A stretch of DNA of 64,000 bases from Vicugna vicugna (taxonomy: Eukaryota): the NCBI GenBank assembly GCA_013265495.1, contig MU058584.1, positions 3,290,508 to 3,354,507 on the forward strand, given 5' to 3'. The notes below the pieces were generated by a model. The model did no database searches. It was not told the DNA's origin and was given only the letters and a program-made list of their open reading frames with translations. Within the stretch, counting starts at the first letter, position 1. Each line of letters starts with the position of its first letter. Shown here in pieces: positions 1 to 12,280 of this stretch. Made by a program: the position numbers and the translations under genes.

Positions 1-2714
1 AGGAAATCTATCTTCAGATTCATTCATTCATTTCTTTCTCTTGTTAGTGACTAAACATCTATTATATTTTGAGTATATGAATAGTTACGGTTTCTGGATG
101 GGAGCCATTAACTCCACCAAAAAACGTGGAAAAATATCGTGGGCTTTGAAGATCAAATGAAATATCAACACAAAAGAGCTATTTGCAATTTAAATGTGAA
201 GTCACTGGGCTTTGTATTAAACTGGCCACGAAATCAGCCCTGGGAACTCCTTGTGAGAAGATCAGGCTTTAGTAGTTTTGATAAATTATAAAGGCAGTAC
301 AAGTCTGGGGAGACCCTAATTGGTTCGCCCTCCATATTTAAGGTCACAGCATCAATCTGTACTCGGGAAGGAGTGCCAGACCCTCGGGCTTGTTTGTAAA
401 CCAATCGGTTTTCACCTACAGATCAGTGATTTTTTAACTGTTTTGAGCACATTCCCTTTGAAAGATCTGCTGGAAGTCATGAACCCTCTCCCCAGGAAAA
501 TGTGGGCCCAGCATGCTTTACATTCAGGTCTAGGGACTCCAGAGACAGGGTTGAAGATCCTGGATGGAGCCATGTGTCTGATGCCACATGGTCCTCCAAA
601 GGTTGCTCTCATTAGTCTGGAGATGGAACTTACATATACATGAGAGACTTCATAATGGGATCGAGTACCCAAGGTGTCTTTCAACATCTGTCTGGTTTAG
701 TTCCTGGAGCATTTGAGGGGCACCCCCTGGTAAGGGGCAGTAGCCCTGGACCCATTGGTTAATAAGGAAAATTTTTCCGGTGTTTTCTACATTGCTGGTG
801 GATCTTGTTTGCTGGAGTAAAGAGGCCCAGAACAAAAACCTGAGAAAGGGCTTATCACATGAGTTGCAGTGCGTCCTGGTTCTCTTCTTCAGAGCATCAC
901 CGCTACAGTTCAGCCAGGCTTGGCGATGGGCAGCACGGAGGTTGGGGCTGGGCTGGGGAAAGGCCGGTAGCTGTGGCTCCAGCTTCTGGTCTCTGAATGG
1001 CCTCTCCTGCTGCTGCTCTGCTCCCCATTACAAGGGAGGTGGGAGCAAGAGAACATCATCTTTCTGCCAATGTCAGCAGAGCTCTCAGGGCCTCAAGTGT
1101 TGAGAGTCTTCATTTGCATCTCTCTGAACCACGGCCCTTTTCTCCCCAGTGACCTGGCAAAGCTTCCTGGAAGGGCCAAGCTAGATGCTCATTTGAGGGA
1201 TTCTCTGTTTACTTTGTCTCCATCTCACCCTGGGTTCCTTCCTCAGTGGCATTAAGTGGGTGTAGGGACGCATTTCCCTCAGGTCCTCAGAATGGTGTGG
1301 TTAGATGTCAGCCCAGCTCGTTGGGTCATTGTCTCAGTCAAATCAACCAAGTTCTGGCGGGCTCGCCCGCATCCGGGACAGACACCACAAATGTGCCAGG
1401 AACGGGTCAGAGGTTCACAGACACGTCATTGCTTATTCAAAACCCTGCTTGCTCTGTGCCTATTTGGGTCTGAGCCCTCTTGATGTCTTTCTGTTTCCGA
1501 AACCCCCAGGAGTTTTCAATGCTGATTCAAAATGCATGGTTGTTTTGGCGACGTGCTGCTCCTGGCAGACACTCCGACACCTCCCTCCAGGCAGGAGGAC
1601 CTCGGGCCAGGGCTGGCGAAGAGCTGCTCCCAGCTGGAGCCGCCGGGGTCGAGGCCTGTGAACATGCCCACCCGGGCCGTGCCAGCCCGAGGCTCTCACT
1701 CACAATTCACCATCTTCGCTTCCCAGGGTTTGACAAAGACCCAGCTTTTACACCGCCAGCGTGGCATGAAACTGGCTGTTGGAAATATATTAGCAGCTGC
1801 TGTTATATCCCGCTGGCAGGGTGCCAGGGAAGGAAATTAAACTTTGCATTTCCCCAGCTCTCCCTCCCCACTTCCTGCTAACCAATCGATTCTGCTCTGA
1901 GTGCGCCTGAGAGTGCCAATTCTTGCCATTTGCCAGAACGATGGCCCTTGGAATTCGCAGTGAATCTGAATGCCCATTTAGCCTCTGCCAACCCACTGCT
2001 GGGCTCTGAGAATTCTAATGTTATTCCACGGAGAACAGTTCTCGCCTGCCCAGTGTTTGACCCTGAGGTGAGTGTAGCCCTGTGGAAAGATGGAGAGGCA
2101 GTGGTTGCCAACATCCCAATTTGACTTTTCAGTGATGGAGAGGAAATAACTGATAAAAGTCAGAAAAGTGATACATGTCAACAGTTTAAGGAATCAGTAT
2201 GTGAATAATAAATCATGGTTCTATTTAATCGGTGACAGCAAAGCTGTAATCTTTCATTCAGAGAGAAAATAACAAATGTACTGTCTTCTTATGGAGCTAG
2301 CTACCACTACCATGCCCCAGGAATCTTTGTCTCTCTTTTTGCAACCATTTCACCCAGACTACCTCTTGGCCCACATCTTGTAGGGGCCACAGGAAGGTGG
2401 AAGGCCCCTTCTGGGGAATTTACCATCCATTTGGGGAGATAGCATATTCATTTACAGCTGTAACACCAGGCTGTGATAAACACTCGTCTCAAGAGAAGAT
2501 GTATCTACAATGAACATGGGGCACAGTTCACACCTATTTATTCAGAAAACATTTACTGAACCCTTGGGATGCTTCCAGAATGATTCATGCATATGAGAAT
2601 CAAAGATTAAAAGTGTAAAATGCAAACACGTAAAAAAAAAAAGTTTCTGTCTTCAAGGAATTCACAGTGAGGAGACAGGGAAAGAACATGCCTTTTGTAG
2701 CGGCGACTTGCGAT

Positions 2715-2870
2715 CAAGTCCTACCTCTGCCTCTTAACCAGCTGTATAACCCTGGGCAAGTTACTTTCCCACTCTGTTTCCTCATCAATAAAACGGAGAC
2801 CAATCTCAAAGGGATGGTGAAGATGAAATGCAATAAGGTGTGTAAAGGATATTGTAAGTAAGCAGTGAAC
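2715..2870 (+). mobile_element. MIR SINE fragment
   Basis: Core MIR motif 'cctgggcaagttactttcccactctgtttcctcatc' followed by 'gtgaagatgaaatg'; boundaries approximate. Confidence 0.75.
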
Positions 2871-3194
2871 ACTGGATAAATGGGAGTTATCCTGGGCCAC
2901 CAGGTGGGATGAGACCTGGGCCGGGGGACTGAGGCCTCCTGGTTTGGACATCTCATCACAAGACCTGACTGTTCTTTTGGCTGGTGGTCTGGCAGACCTC
3001 TGCAATCTCAGTGCTGCAAACCTGGAGCCTGGGACTTACTACCTCTGTTTCTTTGAACCTGCTGGACTGGCCTTTTGGGGGATGAGTCCTTTTATCAGTA
3101 GAACTCACCTACCTCTCTTCCCTGACAGGCATCTGGAACCCTGGGTGGTCCCTACCAAGGTGTGGCATGAAATCTCCTGAGAGCCTTGCCCCTT

Positions 3195-3550
3195 ATTTAT
3201 TTGTTCATTACTTATAATTTTCATTCTGGAAAATTTCAAACACATATAAAAGCAGAGAAAATAGTATTAACGTACCCTCATGGACCATCAGTGTCAACAG
3301 TTACCAATACCTATCCAATCTTGTTTCATTCATAGCCCCACCTATGCCTCCTGCCCCCTGGATTATCTTAAAGGAAAACACTTAAAAAAATAAGCAAAAC
3401 CCCTACAGTCACAATACCACTATCATACCTAAGAAATTTCAAAAAATAATTTCTTAATATTAGCAAATCTTTAGTTGGAGTTCACTTTTCCTTGTTTGTC
3501 CCCCAAATGTTTCATGGAGCAGATTTCTTTAAATTGGGATCTGAACAAGG
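3195..3550 (-). mobile_element. Ancient L1 (L1MC/L1ME-like) 3' fragment
   Basis: 'aaaatttcaaacacatataaaagcagagaaaatagta', 'ccaatcttgtttcat' and 'cacaataccactatcatacctaag' resemble the reverse complement of old L1M 3' UTRs; subfamily uncertain. Confidence 0.5.
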
Positions 3551-4219
3551 TTGTATTTTGTAGATGTTTTGGTGCATGTACGTGCTGATGGGAATTATCT
3601 AGGAGGGAGGGGGAAGTTGTTGATGCAGCAAAGTGAAGGGTATTTTCAGGGCCAAAGTGCTCCAGTGGATGCAAGGTCCAGAGCAGAAGTAGAGAAGTTG
3701 ACTTTAGAAAGGGGTGGAGATACTTTTCCATCTGAACGAAGGAGGAGGACGTCTGTGTGGCTTCAGAGGAAGGTACGTGGGAAGGTGAGGTGATTCTTAG
3801 CTGATTGCTTCTATTTTCTCAGTTAGGTATGAAGAGGATAAGGGATTTGCTTTGAGCTGGGGAGAGTCTGAGAACTACTCTGAACCATCTTCATTTGATA
3901 GATAAGGAGAGCCAGTCCCCGAGAAGAGATTAGCCCAAGGTTCTGTAGCTGGGTAATGACAGGGTTAAGAGCAGAACCTAGATCTCCTGGCTCCTAGGCC
4001 AGCATCCTTTTTACTAACTGTTGACTGTTAATAAACAGGAAAGCACGTGGTTTTCTTGTCTCCCTCTAGTGATGGTTGGCTGAGCTCTGGTGGGAGAACA
4101 GACTAATGGGGCGTGTCCCTGGGGATTGTCATTGCTGTTTCACATTGGTTTGAGTGAGTCTGGATGTTGGGTAGCACGATTTGAATCCAAAAGCTTGGGC
4201 AAAGAAGGGACTCAAAATC

Positions 4220-4550
4220 ACAGAAACTCAGACTTAAAGAGGCACCTTCAAGTGGCCCTCAAGACCCATGCTCATTGCTAGAATATTCCCCAGGGCATCC
4301 CACAATCCTCCAATGAGTGGCTGTCCACTACTTCATGATCACGTACAGTGACCTGGGGCTGGCCACCTCTCAGGCAGTGTACCCTACAGGCGAGCGTCTT
4401 TAACGTTAGGAAAACGTCAGGCTAATGTTGGGCTGAAATCTGCCTCCCTATGATTTATACCCACTGAGCCTCATTCTGCCTCTGGAGCTACCCAGTTAGA
4501 CTCATCCCTGTCCTCCCTGACAGCCCTTCAGTTATGCGGAGCCACCTCTC
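4220..4550 (-). mobile_element. CR1/L3 LINE 3' fragment
   Basis: 'ctgaaatctgcctccct...cccactgagcctcattctgcctctggagc...gacagcccttca' matches the recalled antisense L3 3' region. Confidence 0.55.
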
Positions 4551-6289
4551 AGCTCCCCCTGCTGGGAAGTGACACTGCTTCTGAGCCCGTCCCCAGAACA
4601 CAGCCCTCACCCTGGAGCGTGGAGGACTGGGTTCTCTTGAGAGCTCAATCTTTGTTTCTTGCTTTGTAGCATCCAGGAAAATAAACTCTGCTGTCTATTC
4701 CATTTTCTATTCCTTAAAAAGAAAAGCTGTTTAGTACACCCCATTTCTCTTCCGAGAATTTTGCCTGCACCCTTGCACGTGCCTCAGGCACACCCCAGGG
4801 CCAGCTTGCAAGAGATAGGCTCCCCCCTGCTCCAGAGTCCAACAGGGAGCTCCAGGGCCTCAAGTCTCAGTGAGGAGTTCCTCCTCCACCAACTCACTGA
4901 TCAACAACAAATAGGACATCTTTGGACGGGGGGATGTTCCTCAATGCGGCAGACACAAACGTGGAACCTTGACTGGAATCCTTACACTTATCCTTCATTA
5001 TTCAAGTTTTTCCCACATATCAAAGCTCAGCTCCAAACTCTGTCCACCTGAGAAGTCTTTTCAAACTACTCTAACCTACACTGACTTCCTCTCTCTTGGG
5101 AATCTTAATCCCAACCGCAGCGGCACACGGGTAGGTGCCCTACGAGGAGGAAGATCCCCTTGTTTAGTTGTGGCAACGGTGATCATAAAAAGCAGACCTA
5201 CCTTTAGCCAGTCAATTGTTTCAAAATCCTCTGTGCACACTGTGCCTGCTGATTGCTTGCACGGGGATGGATGCTCCAGCCCGCCCCACCTTGGTGTGCC
5301 ACTGCTTCACAGTGATCCAAAGCTTGCCATGTAGTTCCTTTAATGGGTTCGTCATGAGCCTTAATTTTCTCCCCCAGCCCAGGGATAAGCTGATGACGTT
5401 TGGGATAAGTCTGTTTTTATTCCACCCCTTCTGAGATTGGCACAGACCTGGGCACATGATCATTGCTGAACACGTGACTACCTAATTTTGTGAGTAAATA
5501 ATAGGAGCGCTTCCCTGTTTCCAGCAACTCCACAGCAGGGTGATTGTGGTTTTAATCTTTTCCTTTGAAAGCATCCCTTCTGATGGGCCTCATGGAGGAG
5601 AGAAACTGGGGTGGGTGAGCATTTTTGTGTATGTGAAGAAAGAGCAGTGAAGCACACGGGGCAAATCTCACACCTGCCACCCCCGGTTGCATGAGGAGGC
5701 AGAGCTGGAAGGATGTCTGTGATTCTCCAATTTAATCAGGGGCGGGTATTGGACTTTTCTCCCTCTCTCATCCCCCTTCTCAGCCTCTCCTTCCTTTTCT
5801 AATTACTCTGATGGGATTTCAAAGACCAGAGCATCTTTTTCCTGACCTCAGCAGTCCATGTGACTTTATTTTGATTTTGCTTTGGCTGAGTCCTTGACCT
5901 GTTAAAATTATTTTCCCAAAGTGCCTGCAGTCCCCAGTGCACACAGGCTAATTATCTGCAGCACGTGCACAGAGTGACCTGTCAGCTTCTGATGGGTCTG
6001 GGGCTCTGCAGCTCTCATCTGTTTGTTGGGTGCTGGGTGCTCTGGCTGGACAGTTCTGAATCACTTATTCAGTGTTATTGAGGCTGGCTGTCTCTGAGTA
6101 ATATCCAGTGACCACCAGTTAGCTCTTCCTGGCTATTCATTCCAACCACATGGTGGCTAGCCTGCTTCCTGGGACTGAGGCCACCATGGGAAATAATTTC
6201 ATTCAATTATTTATTCAACTCATTCCTTCATCTCTTCAACATCTTTTTTTTTTAAACAGGCTTCGTTCAGTTTATTTTTTTTTGCATTC

Positions 6290-6560
6290 TTCAACATCTT
6301 TTGACACCCTACTGTGTGCTAGACATTCTGCCAGGAGCAATGTGTCTAATTCAAAAAATGAATGAGATATGGCCTCTTCCCTCAAGAATCTTGGTCTCCG
6401 TGAGGAAATGACAAGTCCACAAGGAAGTGTTAAGTGTTATAAAGGAGGCACAGATCCAATGCTCCCGGAGCCCAGCCGACAGGAGGGGAAATTTGCTTTT
6501 AAATGGGAGAGTAGGGAAGTCTTCTTGGTAAAGGATATGGTGAAGCTGGACCTGACAGAC
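6290..6560 (-). mobile_element. L2 LINE fragment
   Basis: 'ctactgtgtgctagacattctgc...ccctcaagaatctt...gggaagtcttcttgg' is typical antisense L2 3' sequence. Confidence 0.55.
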
Positions 6561-7587
6561 AGTTTAACCTGGACACCAGGGAGCAGGAGGTGGGAGAAGC
6601 CCAGTGAATGAATGATTCTGCAGGGCCACCCAGGATCCTGGCTTCCCCAAGGCCAGCTGCAGGGTCTCTTCAGAAAATCCTTGCCAACTGCCTGTTTGCT
6701 GGCCCCAGGCCTCACTCTCTCCCTAAGCGTGCAGTGATCCTCGGAGGCCGAGGGTCAAGGTCACGTTCATGCAGTGTCACAGGCTCATGGCTCCACTTTC
6801 TTCTCCTTTCTGGCTCATTGCACAAAAGCTGAGGAAGTTCTCCATGCCCAGCATCTCCCACCTTCTCACTCCCTACTGCGTCTCCTCTAAGCACTAGATG
6901 AATCACTTTAAAATGTCAAAGATGCTGTCACACTGACTGAAGACCTGCAGAAGCCCCCCTCCTTTGCTCCTGGACCTGTCACTTGCCAATGCTATTTCTC
7001 ACCCTTGTTCATTTGCTTAAGCTGATCTTCTCATTCCTCTGACTCCTTACATCCTTCCAGACTCAGCTCTCATGTTGCCTCCCCCTCAACCTGGGCTGTT
7101 ATATGACCCTCTCAGTGACCCCAAACAGCAACACATTAAAATTACTTGTTTGTACTTGAAACTGTGTACTGTGTTCTCTGAGAGCAGCAAGCCTGCATTT
7201 TCCCATCACCACTGCATACATGGTAAGTGCTTAATTGGTGTTTGTTGGGTCAAGACGCAGGCAGGGTACTCCCTAAAGCAGATGCCTCGGGGGTATATGT
7301 GGAGAATTCAGATGCAGGATTGAAGAGAAGGACTTGGCAAAATTTTCTTAAAGCTGTCATAATATTTAAATTATGTCACTACTCTGGCCATATTCTGGCA
7401 AGCCAGAAGGCTCTGGGAACTCACTCAAAACTGCGAAAGGCTTAGGGGATGTGATGGGAGGCAGCGGTCTATAGTGGCCTATAGGCCTGGGGACTGGGGA
7501 ACCTTCTGGGTAAGACCGTTCTTTGATCCAGATGTGTGGCCTTTGTCAAACCCAAGCCTCAGTAGTCTTCAGGAGGCCAGGGATTCT

Positions 7588-7772
7588 CCAGGTGTGGTCC
7601 CCAGACCCGCGGCATCAGTCAGCATCACCTGGGAACTGGCTGGAGATTCAAATTCTCAGGCCCCACCCTAGACCTACTGAATCAGAAACTCGGGGGCTGG
7701 GACTCAGCTATCTGTGTCTTAACAAGTCATCTAGGTGACTCTGATACATGCTGAAGTCGGACAACCTCTGGA
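7588..7772. mobile_element. MER5A hAT-Charlie MITE
   Basis: 'agcatcacctgggaact...aaattctcaggccccaccctagacctactgaatcagaaactc...ttaacaag...ggtgactctgatacatgctgaagt' matches MER5A. Confidence 0.85.
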
Positions 7773-7778
7773 CCAGCT

Positions 7779-7930
7779 CAGTGTTTCTTAAATTGCACTC
7801 TGTGTAAGAATCACTTGGGGTAACTTATTTAGAATGATCATTCCTGGACCCCATCACACAGGTACTGATTTGAAAAGTCAGAAAGGCCTAGGAATCTGCA
7901 CCTTTAACAAGCACCCTGGGAGAGTCAGAA
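7779..7930. mobile_element. MER5B-like hAT-Charlie MITE, adjacent to MER5A
   Basis: 'cagtgtttcttaaa...agaatcacttgggg...aggaatctgcacctttaacaagcaccc'. Confidence 0.65.
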
Positions 7931-9037
7931 TCCGTTTCCAGATCACAGATCATCACACTGTAGGAGATGACCGCTGAGGCCCCTGAGGCAGCAGCCGGCC
8001 TCTGGTTCTGGTTGGCCACGGGCTGTTGGTACAATGAGTGGCAGAGAGGCGGGCCCGGGAGGCAGGTGCTCGGCTTGCCTTTTGATTGGCCGGGTGAGGC
8101 CCTTGGGGGAACAATGATGACTGTGTTGTGGGATAGAACTCTGGAAGCAAAGAGGTTCTGTACCTGAAATGGGACAGTCTTTCCCCAAAATCGCCCAGAG
8201 TGGTACCCGGGGTGGGGAGGGGGCGTAGCATTTCTGCCCCTTTAAGCACCTTGTAATTTGCATTTAAAAATAGAAAGAAGCTCATGAATAATTTGTGAGT
8301 CATGAGCAAACCCCTTCAAAATACAGTCATGAATAAAATATCCTGCTTTGCCTCCTCTAATGGCACCGGCCTTTGATGTTTTATTGATGGCTCGCCTGCC
8401 CTGAGCGCTGCCAGGATCCGGGATTAATTTATGGGATCGGGCCCTCGACCTCCCAGGTTGGTGGGCTTGCCCTCGCTGGCTGCCTGGCTGGCTTACACAT
8501 AAATACACCGCCCTGTTTCAGACAGACCGAAAGGGCTGCCTCAGAGCCCTGTGGAACAGGGAGTGTAATTACAGATCTGCAGAAACCTCTGCCCGGCCCC
8601 ACTGAGAAGGTGGACCTAAATCACCAGAAGCCATTGTTTGCAGCAAGGTGAGTCTTTAGGGCAGGTGCAAGTATGTCTCCCTTTTTATTACTTCCTAAGA
8701 AGCAGGGAATGGAAAGCAGACATTAAGGGGCTGTAAATAATAATCTCCCAAAGCAGGCACCGACCAAGGTTCTGGGGGCCGTGCTCCATCGGTGTGGAGA
8801 CTCTGCCTGCCCAGGGGCCCTGTGTGGGAAACAGGCGGAAGCCCCCCTGACGGAGCTGTAGAGTGGGGCTTGGTTTTGCATCCACCTAGGAAGTTGATAG
8901 GCCCAGGCACCCGCCAAGGACCCTAGTTTTCAGACAGAGCCCCCAGAGCTGCCTGGGGTACTTCCCTGTCTACACAGGCGTAGGAAAAATTTTGGTGGAG
9001 GTTGGAGGGTAACTTTACGGCTTTTAAAATTCAAAAT

Positions 9038-9966
9038 ACTCGTATACTGTTAGTGGGAATGCAAACTGATGCAGCCACTATGGAAAACGGTATGGTGGTT
9101 CCTTAAAAAAACTAAAAATAGTCTATGGCCACACCAACCCAAACTAGCCTGATCTCATCTGATCTTGTAAGCTAAGCAGGGGTGGGCCTGGTTAGTACTT
9201 GGATGGGAGACTCCCTGGGAATACCGGGTGCTGTAGGCTTTAAAAACATTTAAAAATAGAGTTACCATATGATCCAGCAATCCCACTGCTGGGCATACAT
9301 TTGGAAAGGATGAAAACTCTTAATTCGAAAAGATACATGCACCCCCGTGTTCATAGCAGCACTATTTACAATAGCCAAGACATGGAAACCACCTAAATGT
9401 TCACTGATAAATGAATGGATAAAGGAGATGTGGGGTGTGTGTGTGTACACACACACACACACACATATACACAATGGAATCTTACTCAGTCATTAAAAAG
9501 AATGAACCAATTCCATTTGCTGCAAAATGAATGGACCTAAAGATGATCACACGAAGTAAAGTAAGTCAGACAGAGAAAGACAAATATCATATAACTTACA
9601 TATGAAATCTAAAAAATGTTGCAAATGAATTTATTTGCACAACAGAAATAGACTCACAGACATAGAAAAGAAATGTAAGGTTACCAAAGGGGAAAGGTAG
9701 GGACAGGGATAAATTAGGAGTTTGGAATTAACAGATACACACTATTATATATAAAGTGGAAACAAGTACCTACTGTATAGCACAGGGAACTCTAGATTCA
9801 TTATCTTGTAATAACCTATGATGGAAAACAATCTGAAAAAGAATATATATGTATAACTGAATCACTTTGCTGTACACCTGAAACTGCCACAGTACTGTAA
9901 ATCAACTATACTTCACTAAATAAATAAACAAATAAGTAAATAAACTAATCTTATAAGAAAGAAAAA
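9038..9966 (+). mobile_element. 5'-truncated L1 (end of ORF2, 3' UTR and A-rich tail), interrupted by a 5S retrocopy
   Basis: Diagnostic L1 3' sequence: 'gcagccactatggaaaac', 'gagttaccatatgatccagcaatcccact', 'atagcagcactatttacaatagccaagacatggaa', 'ctgtacacctgaaact...gtaaatcaactatac', then a (TAAA)n tail. Confidence 0.95.
9121..9241 (+). pseudogene. Full-length 5S rRNA pseudogene (retrocopy)
   Basis: 121 nt, colinear without gaps with mammalian 5S rRNA (gtctatggcc...gctaagcagg...gttagtacttggatgggaga...ataccgggtgctgtaggcttt). About 15 mismatches by manual comparison to recalled human 5S, several at CpGs. Flanked by the duplicated 'taaaaata' at 9113-9120 and 9251-9258. Confidence 0.95.
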
Positions 9967-11047
9967 GCCCATGGATAATAAAAGATACTGAGTTAGGCTC
10001 TAAGACACTGGATGTCCGAGCTGTGGCCCAGAGGTGACCCGTCTTCCCAGAGGATGATCTAGGAAGGCTGGGAATTCACTTTGGGACAACAGACAGCTGA
10101 GGTCCTGGGACTCCTACGGATTGTTGAAGGGTGGGATAGTTTTGGGATGGGAATGTGGGGTCCTTACAAATGTCTTTTAGCTTTGCTCTTGGGTCCCGTC
10201 CCCAGTTTGTTGAGAACAGCTGTAAGACCTGAGAGCAGAGTGAACATTTTGGGAACCTGCAATGGGGGTTGTAACAGTGGGGACAGAGCCCCCCAGAACC
10301 TCAGCCCCCTCTGTGTTGATAACTCCAGTCATCCCTTTGGGTCCAAAGAGGACTATGCCAAGTCTGGGGGTGACGAGAGGAGCCTAGGAGCAGTAGGGGC
10401 AGTGGCAGAGCAGCTGAAGGCATTTGGGTTGGGAAGTGGGAGCACCTCGAGAGCTGGAGACAGCTCTGGTTGACAAGGAGACCATGTGAGCGCCCTTGGA
10501 CCCTGACTGCCCCCTCCAACCCCTTCTCCTTACTCTACGACTGACCATGAGGTCCTGGGCTGGAGTCCCAGGCAAGGTCTCCTATGCAGAGTAGGACACT
10601 GATCCTGCTCAAGATGCAGAAGGAGGGAGACTGAAGCCATCAGGGAAGCACAGGCCCTGGGGGAAAGAAGACACCGGGGCAGACATGGTTCATGATGCCT
10701 GCACCCCTTTCCAGTGAGTGAAAACAGCAAGGCGGTCTGGATAAAGTGGGTTCTGTCCTGTTGGGGTTGGGCAGCACCGGTAGTAGACCTTTGACTGCCA
10801 TCTGCCAAAAAATTGTCACAAAAAGACACAACCCCCAGATTATGATGTAAAGACACCTCTCAAGCTGCGGAGCGTACCGTCTGCAGAACCACACACAGCA
10901 GCACAGGGGGAGGTGGGGAAGGGGCTTTCTCACCACCACCCCAGGTTACCCTTCGGGGCCAAATGCGTTTTAATAGCACCAAAGCCCCCTGCAAAAGGAA
11001 ATCGTGGCATTGCCCACTGCGGGTAGAGATAGGCAGTTTTTAGGGGG

Positions 11048-11407
11048 TGTCCTAGTCCGTTTGGGCTGCTATAATGAGTTCCATAGACTGGGTGGGTCAT
11101 AAATAACAGGATTTATTCCTCACACCTCTGGAGGCTGGAAAGTTCAAGGTCACGGTGTCAGCAGACTCAGTGTCTGGTGAGGGCTGATTCCTGGTTCACA
11201 GGTGGCAGTCTTCTTGCTGTGTCCTCACGTGGAAGGGACGAAGGAGCTCTCCGGAGTCTCTTTTGTAAGAGCAGTGATCCCATTCATGAGGCTCCACCCT
11301 CATGACCTAATCACTTCCCAAGGGCCCCACCCCTTACTACCATCACATTGGGAATTTGGATTTCAACATATGAATTTTGCAAGGACACAGACATTCAGTG
11401 TATAGCA
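11048..11407 (-). mobile_element. MLT1A0-like MaLR solo LTR
   Basis: Runs from 'tgtcctagtccgtttgggctgctata' to 'acattcagtgtatagca' (TG...CA termini), with internal 'ctggaggctggaaagttcaaggtca' and 'catgacctaatcacttcccaa'. Confidence 0.85.
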
Positions 11408-11647
11408 TGGACGGGTCCCCTGAGGCTCCTAAGAGAAGACCGTGCATGTGTAATTATGTCCCCCTCCACAAGAATACAGCCTTGGGTACAGAGATCTGCG
11501 CTGCTGATTCAGTTCATGCATTCTGCTCCTATTCATACTTGGATCAAGGGTTAATTCCAGTCTCTGGGATTAATTAAGTCTCACAGTGTAGAGTCAATAT
11601 TCCTGTGTAAGGGTGTTAGTTTGGCAGATTTGAAGGTGAATGCAGAA

Positions 11648-11712
11648 GTGTGTGTGTGTGCGTGTGTGCGTGTGAGAGAGAGCAAGAGAGAGAGTGAGAG
11701 AGAGAGAGAGAG
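11648..11712. repeat. Compound (GT)n(GA)n microsatellite
   Basis: Directly visible dinucleotide runs. Confidence 0.9.
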
Positions 11713-12089
11713 GTGGGGGCAGAGGAGCTGTGGATGGAGGCTTGATTAAGAGATACCAAAACACGAAGGAGCACATAGGAGGTGAGAACAGCTAATTGCT
11801 GTCTTGTCCACACCGCCTGGGAGACAACGCAGAGTTCGATATTGCTGAGGCTCAGGGGAAGCAAACACCCCAGAAAAGGCAAGTGGGAAAACAGGAAGTG
11901 TGTCCACGCGAGAGGAGGGAGGAGACTGGCTCCATGTCCTCGTCCGCTTCTCAGTCCATGTTAAACAGAGAATCCTTTCTCTGGAAAATTTTCCCCAAGC
12001 TTATCCAGATCCCTTTGCTCAGGATTTATACAGGAGGCCAGAAGGTGGCCTGACAGGGACTCTCTGCAGACAGAGGGCTGGTAGTTTAG

Positions 12090-12280
12090 TATAATCCTGC
12101 CACTTCCTGACCGTGTGCCCTGCGGTGAGTGACTCGGTGTGGGTGAGCCTCAGCTTTCTCACCTGTAAACCTGTGAAGTGGTCATTCTGTTATGTTGCAT
12201 GGATGTCGTTGGGGTGAAACGAGGTGTTTAAGCAGTTGGCACTTAATAAGCTCAGTAAGTGTAGTATCCAATGCTTCTTG
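12090..12280 (+). mobile_element. MIR SINE fragment
   Basis: 'aatcctgccacttcctgaccgtgtgccct...gagcctcagctttctcacctgtaaa...ggcacttaataagctcagtaagtg'. Confidence 0.7.

Noticed and set aside
9121..9241. Functional 5S rRNA gene
   Set aside because: Single copy inside an L1 with a TSD, about 12% diverged with CpG decay, and lacking a terminator of four or more Ts or the 5S repeat-unit flanks.
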